From a virus (taxonomy: Duplodnaviria; Caudoviricetes), in IMG/VR virus record IMGVR_UViG_3300024331_000116, positions 1-44,321 of that record: 44,321 nt of DNA; one strand, written 5' to 3'. The position numbers were made by a program, and so were the translations under genes. This document shows positions 8,386 through 16,836 of the stretch, one piece after another (positions within the stretch are counted from its first letter, which is position 1; the number at the start of each line of letters is the position of its first letter). The notes below the pieces were generated by a model. That model saw only the letters and a program-made list of their open reading frames with translations, was not told the DNA's origin and made no database searches.

Positions 8386-9014
8386 AAGTCTTCAAAGCAA
8401 TCGAAAACGTGATGGCCGACCTATCGAAGATCGGCATCGGCAAGGACAAGACGAACCAGCAGCAGGGGTTCAAGTATCGCGGCGTCGACGACGTCATGAA
8501 CGAACTTTCCGCACTGCTGCCGAAGCACGGTCTGCTGATCCTGCCGCGCGTCACCAAGTATTCGAGCATCGAGCGTGTCAGCGCTAAGGGGAACCCGCTT
8601 TTCTACACCATCCTGGAAGTCGAATACGACTTCGTGTCATCCGAGGATGGCTCAACCAAGATCGTGGGCCCGATGATCGGCGAGGCGATGGATTCAGCCG
8701 ACAAGAGCGCCAACAAGGCGATGGCGATCGCCTACAAGTACGTGTGCTTTCAGGCGTTCTGCATCCCGACTGAAGCGGTCAAAGACCCGGATGCGGAAGT
8801 GCACAACGTGCTCACTCCCGCGCAAGCACTCGGCAAACGGTTTGTGACGGCGCTGGCAGTGGGCATCGACGATGCCGTGTATGACGTCTGGGATACGGCT
8901 CGCGCCGATCCTGCGACCTACAAGGCCGCCTGGAAGCTACTGACGAAGGAGGAGCGTGATGCCATCAATGCCTGCCTCGAGCGTTCCAGGGAATCACGAG
9001 CGGAGACTGCGTGA
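8382..9014 (+). CDS. erf: ERF-family single-strand annealing protein
   Basis: GFKYRGVDDVMNELSALLPKHGL...GEAMDSADKSANKAMAIAYKY...FCIPTE..DPD. Confidence 0.88.
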   Translation: MKVFKAIENVMADLSKIGIGKDKTNQQQGFKYRGVDDVMNELSALLPKHGLLILPRVTKYSSIERVSAKGNPLFYTILEVEYDFVSSEDGSTKIVGPMIGEAMDSADKSANKAMAIAYKYVCFQAFCIPTEAVKDPDAEVHNVLTPAQALGKRFVTALAVGIDDAVYDVWDTARADPATYKAAWKLLTKEERDAINACLERSRESRAETA

Positions 9015-9469
9015 TGGCTCGTATGTACCTTCGCCGAACCCTCACCGGCTTTGTACCTGCCGATGAACCGAGCAATTCGCTCTTGCGCAAGTTCAAAGTC
9101 GGTGAGGTGTATCGCAGTGATGTAGTGAAGCCGCGCAATTACAAGCATCACAAGCTTTGCATGGCCCTGCTGAATCTGACATACGAAAACTTGCCCGAGA
9201 AGCATGCGAAATCGTACGCCAGCTTCGATCAGTTCCGGTATGCGGTCGCCGAGGAGTCCGGACACGTCGAGTCGTATGTGACACTCCAGGGCGAGATCAA
9301 GACACTTCCCCGCAGCATCAGCTACGACGAAATCCCGGACGACGTCGAGTTCGGCAAGGTGATGGCCGGAATGATGACGGTCTGCGCTCGCATCCTGGAT
9401 GTGGCGGAGCCGCAGCTGGCAATCGAGGTCTCGCGCTACGCCGATGCGCACTATGGAGCGGTCGCGTAA
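9011..9469 (+). CDS. DUF1367/NinB-like recombination-region protein
   Basis: VKPRNYKHHK...LL...PRSISY motifs; adjacent to erf. Confidence 0.65.
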   Translation: MMARMYLRRTLTGFVPADEPSNSLLRKFKVGEVYRSDVVKPRNYKHHKLCMALLNLTYENLPEKHAKSYASFDQFRYAVAEESGHVESYVTLQGEIKTLPRSISYDEIPDDVEFGKVMAGMMTVCARILDVAEPQLAIEVSRYADAHYGAVA

Positions 9470-9774
9470 TGGTCGCCTACCCGGGCATGAAGCGCGCGAC
9501 AGCGGATGAACTGGCGCATTTGGCGGCGGTGAAACAACTGCCCTGCTGCCTGTGCCTGACCGGGATGCAGCGCACGCGCACCGAAGTGCATCATCTGATC
9601 CGCGGCAATAAGCGGCTCGGGCATTTCTACGTGCTGCCCTATTGCCAAGCACATCACGCTAGCGCGCAGTACTACAAACGGCATGAGAAAGCGCTGTGGC
9701 AAAAGCTGAATGATGAGTTGGGAATTGTTCGGGACTGGCCGGTGAGCAAGATCGTACCGAGGGTAGCGATGTGA
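9469..9774 (+). CDS. Ref/DUF968-like Zn-binding HNH nuclease
   Basis: HLAAVKQLPCCLC...TEVHH...VLPYCQAHH. Confidence 0.7.
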   Translation: MVAYPGMKRATADELAHLAAVKQLPCCLCLTGMQRTRTEVHHLIRGNKRLGHFYVLPYCQAHHASAQYYKRHEKALWQKLNDELGIVRDWPVSKIVPRVAM

Positions 9775-10286
9775 GCACGTTAGACGTCCACGAAGCCGCG
9801 GCGTTGGCCAAGTGTCATCCCGACACCATGCGCAAGCTCATGAAGGCGGGTGAGGCACCCGGGGCCAAGATTGGCCGCGCCTGGGTGGTTCGAGAAGAAT
9901 GCATCTTCGATTGGCTACATGGGCTGAAGCTGAAGAAGGCACGCGAGGTGAAAACACCTCGGCGCACTCTCAGGTGGGGAATGGAATGCATTAGCTCATT
10001 CATGCATAACCGCCCAGCACCGCCACGGCCCTCGCCAGAACCGGAAACTCACCGCGAGGCCCTGCAGCGTGCGCTGCCATCCTGGGCTGATGTGGATGCT
10101 ATCCGCGCGATCTACCGCCAAGCGGCAGCGGTAAGTCTCGCGACCGGCATCCCTCATAGCGTGGACCATATCGTCCCCCTTCGAGGCGCGGACGTCTGCG
10201 GGCTTCACGTCGAATTCAACCTGCGCATAATCACGCGCTCTGAGAACTCAGCCAAGTGCAATCGACTGATTGAGGAATTGGTATGA
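9771..10286 (+). CDS. Excisionase-like HTH fused to an HNH endonuclease
   Basis: N-terminal LDVHEAAALAKCHPDTMRKLMKAGEAPGAKIGRAWVV; C-terminal PSWAD...HSVDHIVPLRGADVCGLHVEFNLRIITRSENSAKCN. Confidence 0.8.
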   Translation: MSTLDVHEAAALAKCHPDTMRKLMKAGEAPGAKIGRAWVVREECIFDWLHGLKLKKAREVKTPRRTLRWGMECISSFMHNRPAPPRPSPEPETHREALQRALPSWADVDAIRAIYRQAAAVSLATGIPHSVDHIVPLRGADVCGLHVEFNLRIITRSENSAKCNRLIEELV

Positions 10287-10528
10287 GAGACGTCTACGAG
10301 AAACTGGGCCGCCCTCCTCAGCTGAAGCCCATCGAGGAGTTCTCGATGCGCCAGATGCGCGAGGCCGGCATGACCATCAAGCAGTGCGAGAGCTACTTCA
10401 ACGTCTCGCGCGCCACGGTCTATCGTGTGTTGGCAAAACAACGCCGAATGTTTGGCCCTGAGAAATTGCCGAACGGGCAATTGGCCCGATCACATTTGAC
10501 ACGTCGCGAAACGCAATCCCCGGAATAA
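10283..10528 (+). CDS. Small Hin/resolvase-type HTH DNA-binding protein
   Basis: LGRPP...GMTIKQCESYFNVSRATVYRVL. Confidence 0.7.
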   Translation: MRDVYEKLGRPPQLKPIEEFSMRQMREAGMTIKQCESYFNVSRATVYRVLAKQRRMFGPEKLPNGQLARSHLTRRETQSPE

Positions 10529-10533
10529 TTAGA

Positions 10534-10562
10534 TTGATAAACTTCTGAGACGTCACTATAAT
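10534..10562 (+). promoter_or_regulatory. Near-consensus sigma70 promoter reading through the dif-like site into the XafT-like gene
   Basis: TTGATA (10534-10539), 17-bp spacer, TATAAT (10557-10562). Confidence 0.85.
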
Positions 10563-10564
10563 GT

Positions 10565-10592
10565 TTGCCTCATACTATACATTATGCGCAAC
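10565..10592 (-). mobile_element. dif-like XerC/XerD recombination site (putative attP)
   Basis: Minus strand GTTGCGCATAA-TGTATA-GTATGAGGCAA vs E. coli dif GGTGCGCATAA-TGTATA-TTATGTTAAAT: XerC arm 10/11, spacer 6/6, XerD arm 5/11. Confidence 0.85.
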
Positions 10593-10615
10593 GGGCCAAT
10601 GGCATTGTGGTGTCC

Positions 10616-10987
10616 ATGCTACGACCCGCAGACGTGCTTTATGGTTGGTCCGTCAAGGAGATAGCGCGCATTTGCGAGGTGGATTTGACCACCGCACGCA
10701 GATGGAAGCGTGGGGCCAGGTGCCCGCCCAATTCGGCCCTCATGCTGCTCTCTGGGGACCTGGGATACCTGGATTCCCGGTGGGCTGGCTGGACGATCCG
10801 AAGCGGCGAGATCGTCTCTCCGGAGGGCTGGCGGGCCACCCCCGGCGATGTGCTCTCCATTCAGCTGACGCAGGCTCAGCTCTCGGCCTACCGCAACGAG
10901 AATCGGGCGTTGCGCAAAGCCATCGACGAGATCGAATTCGAAGAGCAACCGACGCCCGGTCAGTGGGAGATCGCGCTCGAGGGCTAA
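10616..10987 (+). CDS. HTH + DUF3653 protein, XafT-like (putative Xer recombination activator)
   Basis: HTH SVKEIARICEVDLTTARRWKRG, then GDLGYLDSRWAGWTIRSGEIVSPEGWRATPGDV (DUF3653 pattern) and a short coiled coil; ATG 23 bp past the dif-like site. Confidence 0.8.
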   Translation: MLRPADVLYGWSVKEIARICEVDLTTARRWKRGARCPPNSALMLLSGDLGYLDSRWAGWTIRSGEIVSPEGWRATPGDVLSIQLTQAQLSAYRNENRALRKAIDEIEFEEQPTPGQWEIALEG

Positions 10988-11509
10988 TTTGCGACCTCGC
11001 TGCGGTGGCGCTGTGAAAATATTTTCACGCCGCGAGTACCAACGCGCCTACTACCGCGACACCGCGCCGCGCCGCCGCAAGCTTGCCCGTGAGCGTCGAC
11101 AACGCCAGCGCTGGGCACCCCGACTGATTGACGCCGTCCTGGCCGAGCTCTCCCGTCCGCTCACTGCGATCGTGCCGCGTGCCCTCCCGATCCGCCACCC
11201 CCTACTTCGCCTGCCCAAGGCCAAGCCATGACCCACCAGCAAGTGTTCTCGATTCTGCTCGCCCTGCTCTTTGTGGGCATCGCGATCGTCATCTGGAACC
11301 GCAAATGACGTGGCTGCTCGCATGGCTTGTGCTGTGCCTGCCAGCGGCGATGTTGGGCAGTGCGCTGATCAGGAGGCGGTTGCGATGATCAAGACGCTGA
11401 TTTTCTCGCCTGTGATTGCGGCCGGCGCGCTGTGGGAGTTGATCTGCACGTACTTTGAGGCGGGGCGAGAGTTTGCGCGAAGACCCAAGTAACAACAACG
11501 AGGCTCAGC

Positions 11510-11812
11510 ATGAAAGCATTCCTATTGACCGCCCTGCTCGCGACCGTTGCGCAAGCCGAGACCATCACCCTGGATGGCCCCGTGGGCTGCGGACCCACGG
11601 CTCAGTGCCACGACGTGCCCAACGACAAGGGCTATGTCATCGACCTGTTCTATTCGCCCAGCGATGGGCATTCGAGCGTCTTCATTGACGGCGAGTTGAT
11701 CGCTGCGGACGTGAGCGTCGAGTTCCAGACCACTCGCGTTCAGGTCAACAGCGGACGCCTGCACTACTGGCAGACGCGGTATTACCTCGTCGGCGGGACG
11801 ATCACGAGATGA
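11510..11812 (+). CDS. Small exported protein
   Basis: Signal peptide MKAFLLTALLATVAQA; RBS GAGG. Confidence 0.6.
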   Translation: MKAFLLTALLATVAQAETITLDGPVGCGPTAQCHDVPNDKGYVIDLFYSPSDGHSSVFIDGELIAADVSVEFQTTRVQVNSGRLHYWQTRYYLVGGTITR

Positions 11813-12397
11813 GCATGGCCGATGAGCGCTTCGCGATTGGCGAAATTGCAATCGCCGTTGCGCCTCCCAAAGCCAACCGAAACCTCGAAATGAATGGCTC
11901 CGAGGTAGAAATTATCAGCCCCTACGAGATGCAGTACACGCGGTCTGGTGACTACATGGGCTACATGGTTCAGACCGCTGTAGGTCGGTTCTCATGTCGC
12001 CCTGAGTATTTGCGAAAGAAACGACCTCCGCGTGAGCCTTTAGGCGACTGGGAGCTGATCCCATGGTCTCGGCCGACGAAGGAGAAAACTCGTGTCTGAC
12101 TCCATCCCTTCCACGGAGCAAGTTCCGGTGAAATGGACGAGCGGCAAGCCGTTCGTGGCAACCGAGGATCATTGCAAAACCCGCTGGTGCGCGCGCAAGG
12201 CCGGTGAGATGTTCCGCTGCTTCAAGTGCGGTCACAAGTTCGTGCCGGGCGAGACAGTGCGCTGGGTGTTTACCAACGATATCCCCGGCGCAGGCGGCAA
12301 TCCTTTCGTCTGCAAAGACTGTGACGCGCCGAATGAGGAACTCGCGGCTTACATCATCGACCGACGCCAGGACGAGCGTAACTGGTGGTTCCGATGA
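11809..12397 (+). CDS. Two coupled hypothetical ORFs (11809-12099 SH3-like; 12092-12397 Zn-finger)
   Basis: Overlapping starts and stops; CxxC pairs in the second ORF. Confidence 0.55.
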
Positions 12398-12714
12398 ATG
12401 AGCACATCCCTGCAGAGAAGCGCGACGAGTGCGAGGCATGCCACGTTGCTCCACAGGACATTAACGAGCTGACGGCGACGATCGACACTCTGCAGGGGTT
12501 GCTCCGTGAAGCGCGATGGTACGTATTCCACGCTGACTGTCCGCATGAGTCGGCTTACGATGACCAACAGGCGATGCTGAAGAAGATCGACGAAGCGGCG
12601 CCCGAACCGCCATCGCCCGCACGCCCGGAGGTCTGTGGCAGAGAACTCGCTCCAGGCATGCGCTGCGCCAGCGACAAAGGACACGAGGGAGAATGCGATG
12701 ACATCCCGTTCTGA
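12394..12714 (+). CDS. Cys/His-rich protein ending in an SSB-like tail DDIPF
   Basis: C-terminus ...GHEGECDDIPF-stop; ATGA overlap with the upstream gene. Confidence 0.6.
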   Translation: MNEHIPAEKRDECEACHVAPQDINELTATIDTLQGLLREARWYVFHADCPHESAYDDQQAMLKKIDEAAPEPPSPARPEVCGRELAPGMRCASDKGHEGECDDIPF

Positions 12715-12943
12715 CTCGCTCCCCGAAGAAACGCTGAGTCGCGACGGATGGCTCAGGCGCTATCGTGAACGATTCGTCGAGGTGGCTGGATTTACGGCCG
12801 CTCAAGCCGACGATGTCACGAAGGCAATCTGTACTGGCCCGCAGGACGATAATGGGTTCACCGAGTTGTCCGAAGGCTGGGAGAACGACCCCGAAGGTGC
12901 GGCGGACGAAGAAATGTCGTACTGGGATGACGATGGTGACTAG
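12698..12943 (+). CDS. Small acidic hypothetical protein
   Basis: Ends GWENDPEGAADEEMSYWDDDGD. Confidence 0.55.
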   Translation: MTSRSDSLPEETLSRDGWLRRYRERFVEVAGFTAAQADDVTKAICTGPQDDNGFTELSEGWENDPEGAADEEMSYWDDDGD

Positions 12944-12970
12944 CGCACGTCCATCGGAGAAGGATCTCAC

Positions 12971-13711
12971 GTGATCCATTACCACGGTCTACCGATGACT
13001 CCGCTGGCTGACATGCTGCGCGCCATGCGCTCGCGGCATGCCATGGTCAGCTATGAGGATCATCGGCAGATCGAGGAAGCCGCGGAGATTTGCCAATCCA
13101 TCGTACTGGACAACGGCGCTTTCTCGGCCTGGCGCGCGGGCCGGGCGCATGACTTCGCTGGCTATCAAGCCTGGGCCACTCATTGGCTCCGACACCCCGC
13201 CGTCGAGTGGTGCGTGATCCCCGACGTGATCGACGGCACAGAGACTCAGAACGATGCCCTCCTCGCTGAATGGACCCTACCGCGGGAGGTCTCGGTCCCC
13301 GTCTATCATTTCCACGAGAGCCTGGAGCGCCTCGAGCGGCTAACAGCCTATCCACGTATCGCGCTGGGCAGCTCGGGTCAGTACGCCGATCCGGGTACCC
13401 CCCCCTGGTGGGGTCGCATGTCTGAAATCATGCGTGTCTTATGCGACGCCGACGGATTCCCTCGCGTGAAACTCCATGGCTTGCGGATGCTCGACTCGGT
13501 GCTGTTCGCGCATATTCCCTTGTCGTCGGCCGACTCCTGCAACGTCGCTCGCAACATCGGCATTGATCAGGCGTGGAGCGGCACCTATACGCCGCGGTCG
13601 AAGTGGGCTCGCGCGCTCGTGATGATGGACCGCATCGAGCACCATGCGAGCGCCCGGCGCTGGGACGGCAGATCAGCCGGAGTGCAACAAAACATGGAGC
13701 TTCTCGGATGA
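12971..13711 (+). CDS. TGT-fold (queuine tRNA-ribosyltransferase/DpdA-like) protein
   Basis: IVLDNGAFSAW, VIPDVIDG, VPVYH, IALG, KLHGL and SSADS motifs in TGT order; RBS AAGGA. Confidence 0.7.
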   Translation: MIHYHGLPMTPLADMLRAMRSRHAMVSYEDHRQIEEAAEICQSIVLDNGAFSAWRAGRAHDFAGYQAWATHWLRHPAVEWCVIPDVIDGTETQNDALLAEWTLPREVSVPVYHFHESLERLERLTAYPRIALGSSGQYADPGTPPWWGRMSEIMRVLCDADGFPRVKLHGLRMLDSVLFAHIPLSSADSCNVARNIGIDQAWSGTYTPRSKWARALVMMDRIEHHASARRWDGRSAGVQQNMELLG

Positions 13712-14163
13712 CTATCGACGACAAAACTAGCGCCCTCCCCTCAAAGACGCTGACCTTGCAGCAGCGGACGATGTCCTTCCTGTCGATCCTGAACAATCAT
13801 CAGGCGTACTCGCGGGAGCGACTCCAGAGTCTGGTACGCGAGATGCTCGATGCTGGTTGGAACAATCCGATACCGCCCGAGACGGGAGAATGTCACATAC
13901 GCCCGCATGACTTCTGTAGCGCTGGCACCTGTAAGGTCTGCATCGATGCTGCTCGTTACCGCATTGTGCGAGTGTCGAGGCTTACCGGCGACGTGCTCGC
14001 GCATCAACTGGACGAGGCATGCGACGCCCTACTCAGATCCCGCAACGCTCCGAAAGCCAGCGAGGAATCCTCCTGCAACCCCTGCACGCAATGGGACGAG
14101 GATGGGCTGTGCGTCACGTGCGGGGCGAGTTATCCGGAGAACGGGGACGAGGTATCGAAATGA
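13708..14163 (+). CDS. Cys-rich hypothetical protein
   Basis: ATGA overlaps on both sides; CxxC motifs. Confidence 0.55.
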   Translation: MTIDDKTSALPSKTLTLQQRTMSFLSILNNHQAYSRERLQSLVREMLDAGWNNPIPPETGECHIRPHDFCSAGTCKVCIDAARYRIVRVSRLTGDVLAHQLDEACDALLRSRNAPKASEESSCNPCTQWDEDGLCVTCGASYPENGDEVSK

Positions 14164-14468
14164 CCACGCGACACTTCAACAATCTCACCCCAGCTGAGGC
14201 GGAGCGTCTCGCTTTGCTCGCCGAAGAATGCGGCGAACTCGTGCAGGCAGTAACCAAGATCCTGCGGCACGGTTACGAGTCGCACCACCCAGTCAGTCAT
14301 GCCAACAACCGCGAAACACTCCATCGAGAGATGGGAGATGTGCGCGCAGCGATGCTCATTCTCTGTGAGGCCGGCGACACCGAGAAAAAGATTATCCACG
14401 AATACGCAGACGCGAAGCTCAAAAAGGTCGGGAAGTTCCTACATCACCAGCCTAAAGACTTTCTCTGA
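14160..14468 (+). CDS. MazG-like all-alpha NTP pyrophosphohydrolase
   Basis: ERLALLAEECGELVQAVTKILRHG...LHREMGDV (ExxE...ExxD). Confidence 0.8.
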   Translation: MTTRHFNNLTPAEAERLALLAEECGELVQAVTKILRHGYESHHPVSHANNRETLHREMGDVRAAMLILCEAGDTEKKIIHEYADAKLKKVGKFLHHQPKDFL

Positions 14469-14605
14469 GCGAGCCCGTATGACTGACAATACAGCGATTG
14501 CCCTGGTCATCTGCGGCGTTGCCCTGCTATGCCTGGCAATCTGCGAAGTCCCGTCGGATTATCAAGTGGCTCACAAGTGCGTTGCGCCAGCGGTGGGCAA
14601 GTCCG

Positions 14606-14851
14606 ATGGCTGAACCTGAGTTCACTGCTGACCAAGTGCGCAAAAAGCTGTGGCTGGCGATCGGCCGACCGCCAAGGCATACGCAGCTATCTCTGGCACA
14701 GAAGCTAGGGATCTCGGCTCAGTTCCTCCATGACATCCTGCACGGCCGTCGAGAACCCTGCGAAGCGGCACTGGAATATCTGGGCTTGGAGAAAGTCGTG
14801 ATCTATCGAATTCCAAAGCGACGCACTCAACAGCACAACTCGCCTCCATGA
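14606..14851 (+). CDS. XRE-family HTH protein
   Basis: TQLSLAQKLGISAQFLHDILHGRREP..ALEYLGLEK. Confidence 0.75.
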   Translation: MAEPEFTADQVRKKLWLAIGRPPRHTQLSLAQKLGISAQFLHDILHGRREPCEAALEYLGLEKVVIYRIPKRRTQQHNSPP

Positions 14852-14868
14852 ATTCAACGAATACACAA

Positions 14869-15065
14869 GGGGCTCTCGGGGATTTGATGCCCTGGCAGAG
14901 TCATACCGAGCGCAAGGTCCGCAGGCCTGGAGCGCTCTCTGTAGCCGGCTGGCGGGGGACGCCCCACATCACCGGAGTCGCCTGCGGTGCCGAGCCCCGC
15001 CATAGCGAGAGAAGGGCTGACCCCACGGGTGTATCCGGTAATGCCGGCACCCGTGGGCGAGGCTC
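14869..15065 (+). ncRNA. Candidate structured RNA with a tRNA-like closing stem
   Basis: GGGGCTC (14869-14875) pairs with GAGCCCC (14992-14998), followed by GCCA; inner stem CCGCAGGC/GCCTGCGG; adjacent 10-bp stem CCCACGGGTG/CACCCGTGGG. Confidence 0.35.
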
Positions 15066-15361
15066 ACCGTCATGAACGATTACACCCAACGAGGCGAGGT
15101 TATGAATCCGCCAGCATCGGCCGCTCTGGGTGCTGAGGCAGGGAACCTCAATACGCCTCAACGTGATGGGACTGGGGCAGTTCCGGGCCGCGAGGCCATG
15201 GGGACGGAAGCGCAGGCCACGCAACCGTTCGCCGCCCCCACTGAATGCGATTGCCCTGAGCGCACGTGCCAGCCTCAGAACAACATCGGGAAGTTCTGCT
15301 GGCGCTCGGGCTGCCCGATCTACACCAGGGACTTCGCTCCTACATCCACCGAGGGGCACTC

Positions 15362-16696
15362 ATGATTTCAGGTCTTGGCCTATTGGCTGACCACAACAGG
15401 CGCTTACGCGAGGCACTTGAGCCCTATGCCTACCAGAAAGGCGGTTGGAAGGAGATCGGTCACATTGACTATTGCCGCTACTGCCATTGGTCAAAGGATT
15501 GGATCGCCCAGCACGGACACGGCATGAGTTGCCTGCTTTGGACACCTCCCAATGGATGAGCGCACCTATGACTGCCCGCACTGCGGCGGCAATGGAAAGC
15601 TACCGGCTCGACCATTCGTTCCGGGCGATAAGCTGTGGTGGAAAGGGGGCGGATATGGATACAAAGACCGTATACCGGTAACCGCTGTGGCACCAATCAG
15701 CAACAAGAGCTTTCGAATCAGCTTCATCCATGGTCTAACCGGCGGCACCATGACAATGGCAGCACGCTTGACGTGTCTGACATTTCGAGCCGAGTCATCG
15801 CACAGCGCAGGAGCGCCTCACTCAGCAAACGATTGATTCAACCACTGTATAGGAGACCGACGACATGGGTAATTGGGTAATTCACATCGAGGGCACTGGC
15901 GCCCATCACAATAACAATTCGGCCAGCGATGCCAACGAGAAGGCCAAGGAGTTCGTTTACGAGCTGATCGGCATCGGCCAGAACGTGGAGTCAGCGACAT
16001 TCACGTCTGGTGGCAGGGATAACGTCATGCCACCAAAGAGCGAAGGCTAGGAACAACGCTCCGGCGGACGACACGCTGGGGCGACTTCCTCAAACCGTGG
16101 AAGATGTCGGTGGATAATCTCGATTGGGATTCAATCCGTGAGCTCGATGGCTTCCGTGTGGGCGACTACGTGCGCTACCGTGGACCTGAGCTCGGGATGA
16201 TCCGCAATATAATCGAGGTGAAGGGTCGGCACCGAGCGCGGGTGTACTTCGCGACGGTGCCTTTCGAGTGCGAGGGCCAATCCATGCTCGGCGGCGGCTC
16301 CGAGCAGTTCATCGACTTGGACAAGCTATCGATTCACGTCGCCAGACTGCCGATGGTGCCTCAGTACTGTGACTTCGGCGGGTGTTCCGCGGCGTGCTGG
16401 AGGCGTTGCGATATGTGGCCGGCTGTGGCCTGGCGGGCAGGGAAGGCTCAGAATCGGCAGCCGCGGCAGAAAGATCTTTTCGAAACGCCACCGGCTAACT
16501 CATGAGCAGGTACATGACCAAAGAACAATGCATCGGGCTAATAAGCGATCTCGCCGTAGCGTTCGAGGGGCAGTATCCGTGCAAGTGCGCTGAATTGCAT
16601 ACGCCCGACAATCCCAAACTGGTCACCGGCCATGTGCAGGGTTGTCCCGTTGATGAGGCAGTGCGGTTGGATCTGGCAAAAGCGGGCATCGTATGA
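15362..16696 (+). CDS. Cluster of small hypothetical ORFs (15362-15559, 15552-15836, 15865-16050, 16104-16505, 16502-16696)
   Basis: Coupled starts and stops or a clear RBS (AGGAG before 15865); several CxxC motifs. Confidence 0.55.
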
Positions 16697-16836
16697 CAAA
16701 GCTGATCATCGCACTGGCGCTATTGCTGTCCGGCTGCGCGATCCGGCCTGCGCCTCCTCGTGAGCACAGAACTCACATAGATTTGATATGCGCTGCAGTG
16801 CGCAATCCAGCCGATTGTCAGGCGATACGCCCATGA
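16693..16836 (+). CDS. 47-aa lipoprotein
   Basis: Manual translation MTKLIIALALLLSGCAIRPAPP...; lipobox LSGC; ATGA overlaps at both ends. Confidence 0.65.
   Translation: MTKLIIALALLLSGCAIRPAPPREHRTHIDLICAAVRNPADCQAIRP

Noticed and set aside
10494-10521. Second dif-like site starting ATTTGACACGT (possible CTX-type fold-back attP)
   Set aside because: Only a partial XerD-arm resemblance, with no matching spacer or XerC arm; it lies inside a coding region.
10561-11016. ORF-track starts at 10561 (151 aa) and 10565 (TTG extension of the DUF3653 ORF)
   Set aside because: Both begin within the -10 box or dif-like site, at or before the predicted transcription start. ATG 10616 is more plausible, and the 10561 frame has no protein-like features.
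14869-15002. tRNA or tmRNA gene
   Set aside because: It has an acceptor-like stem and CCA, but no TTCRA T-loop or cloverleaf spacing; too long for a tRNA and too short for tmRNA. Kept only as a structured-RNA candidate.
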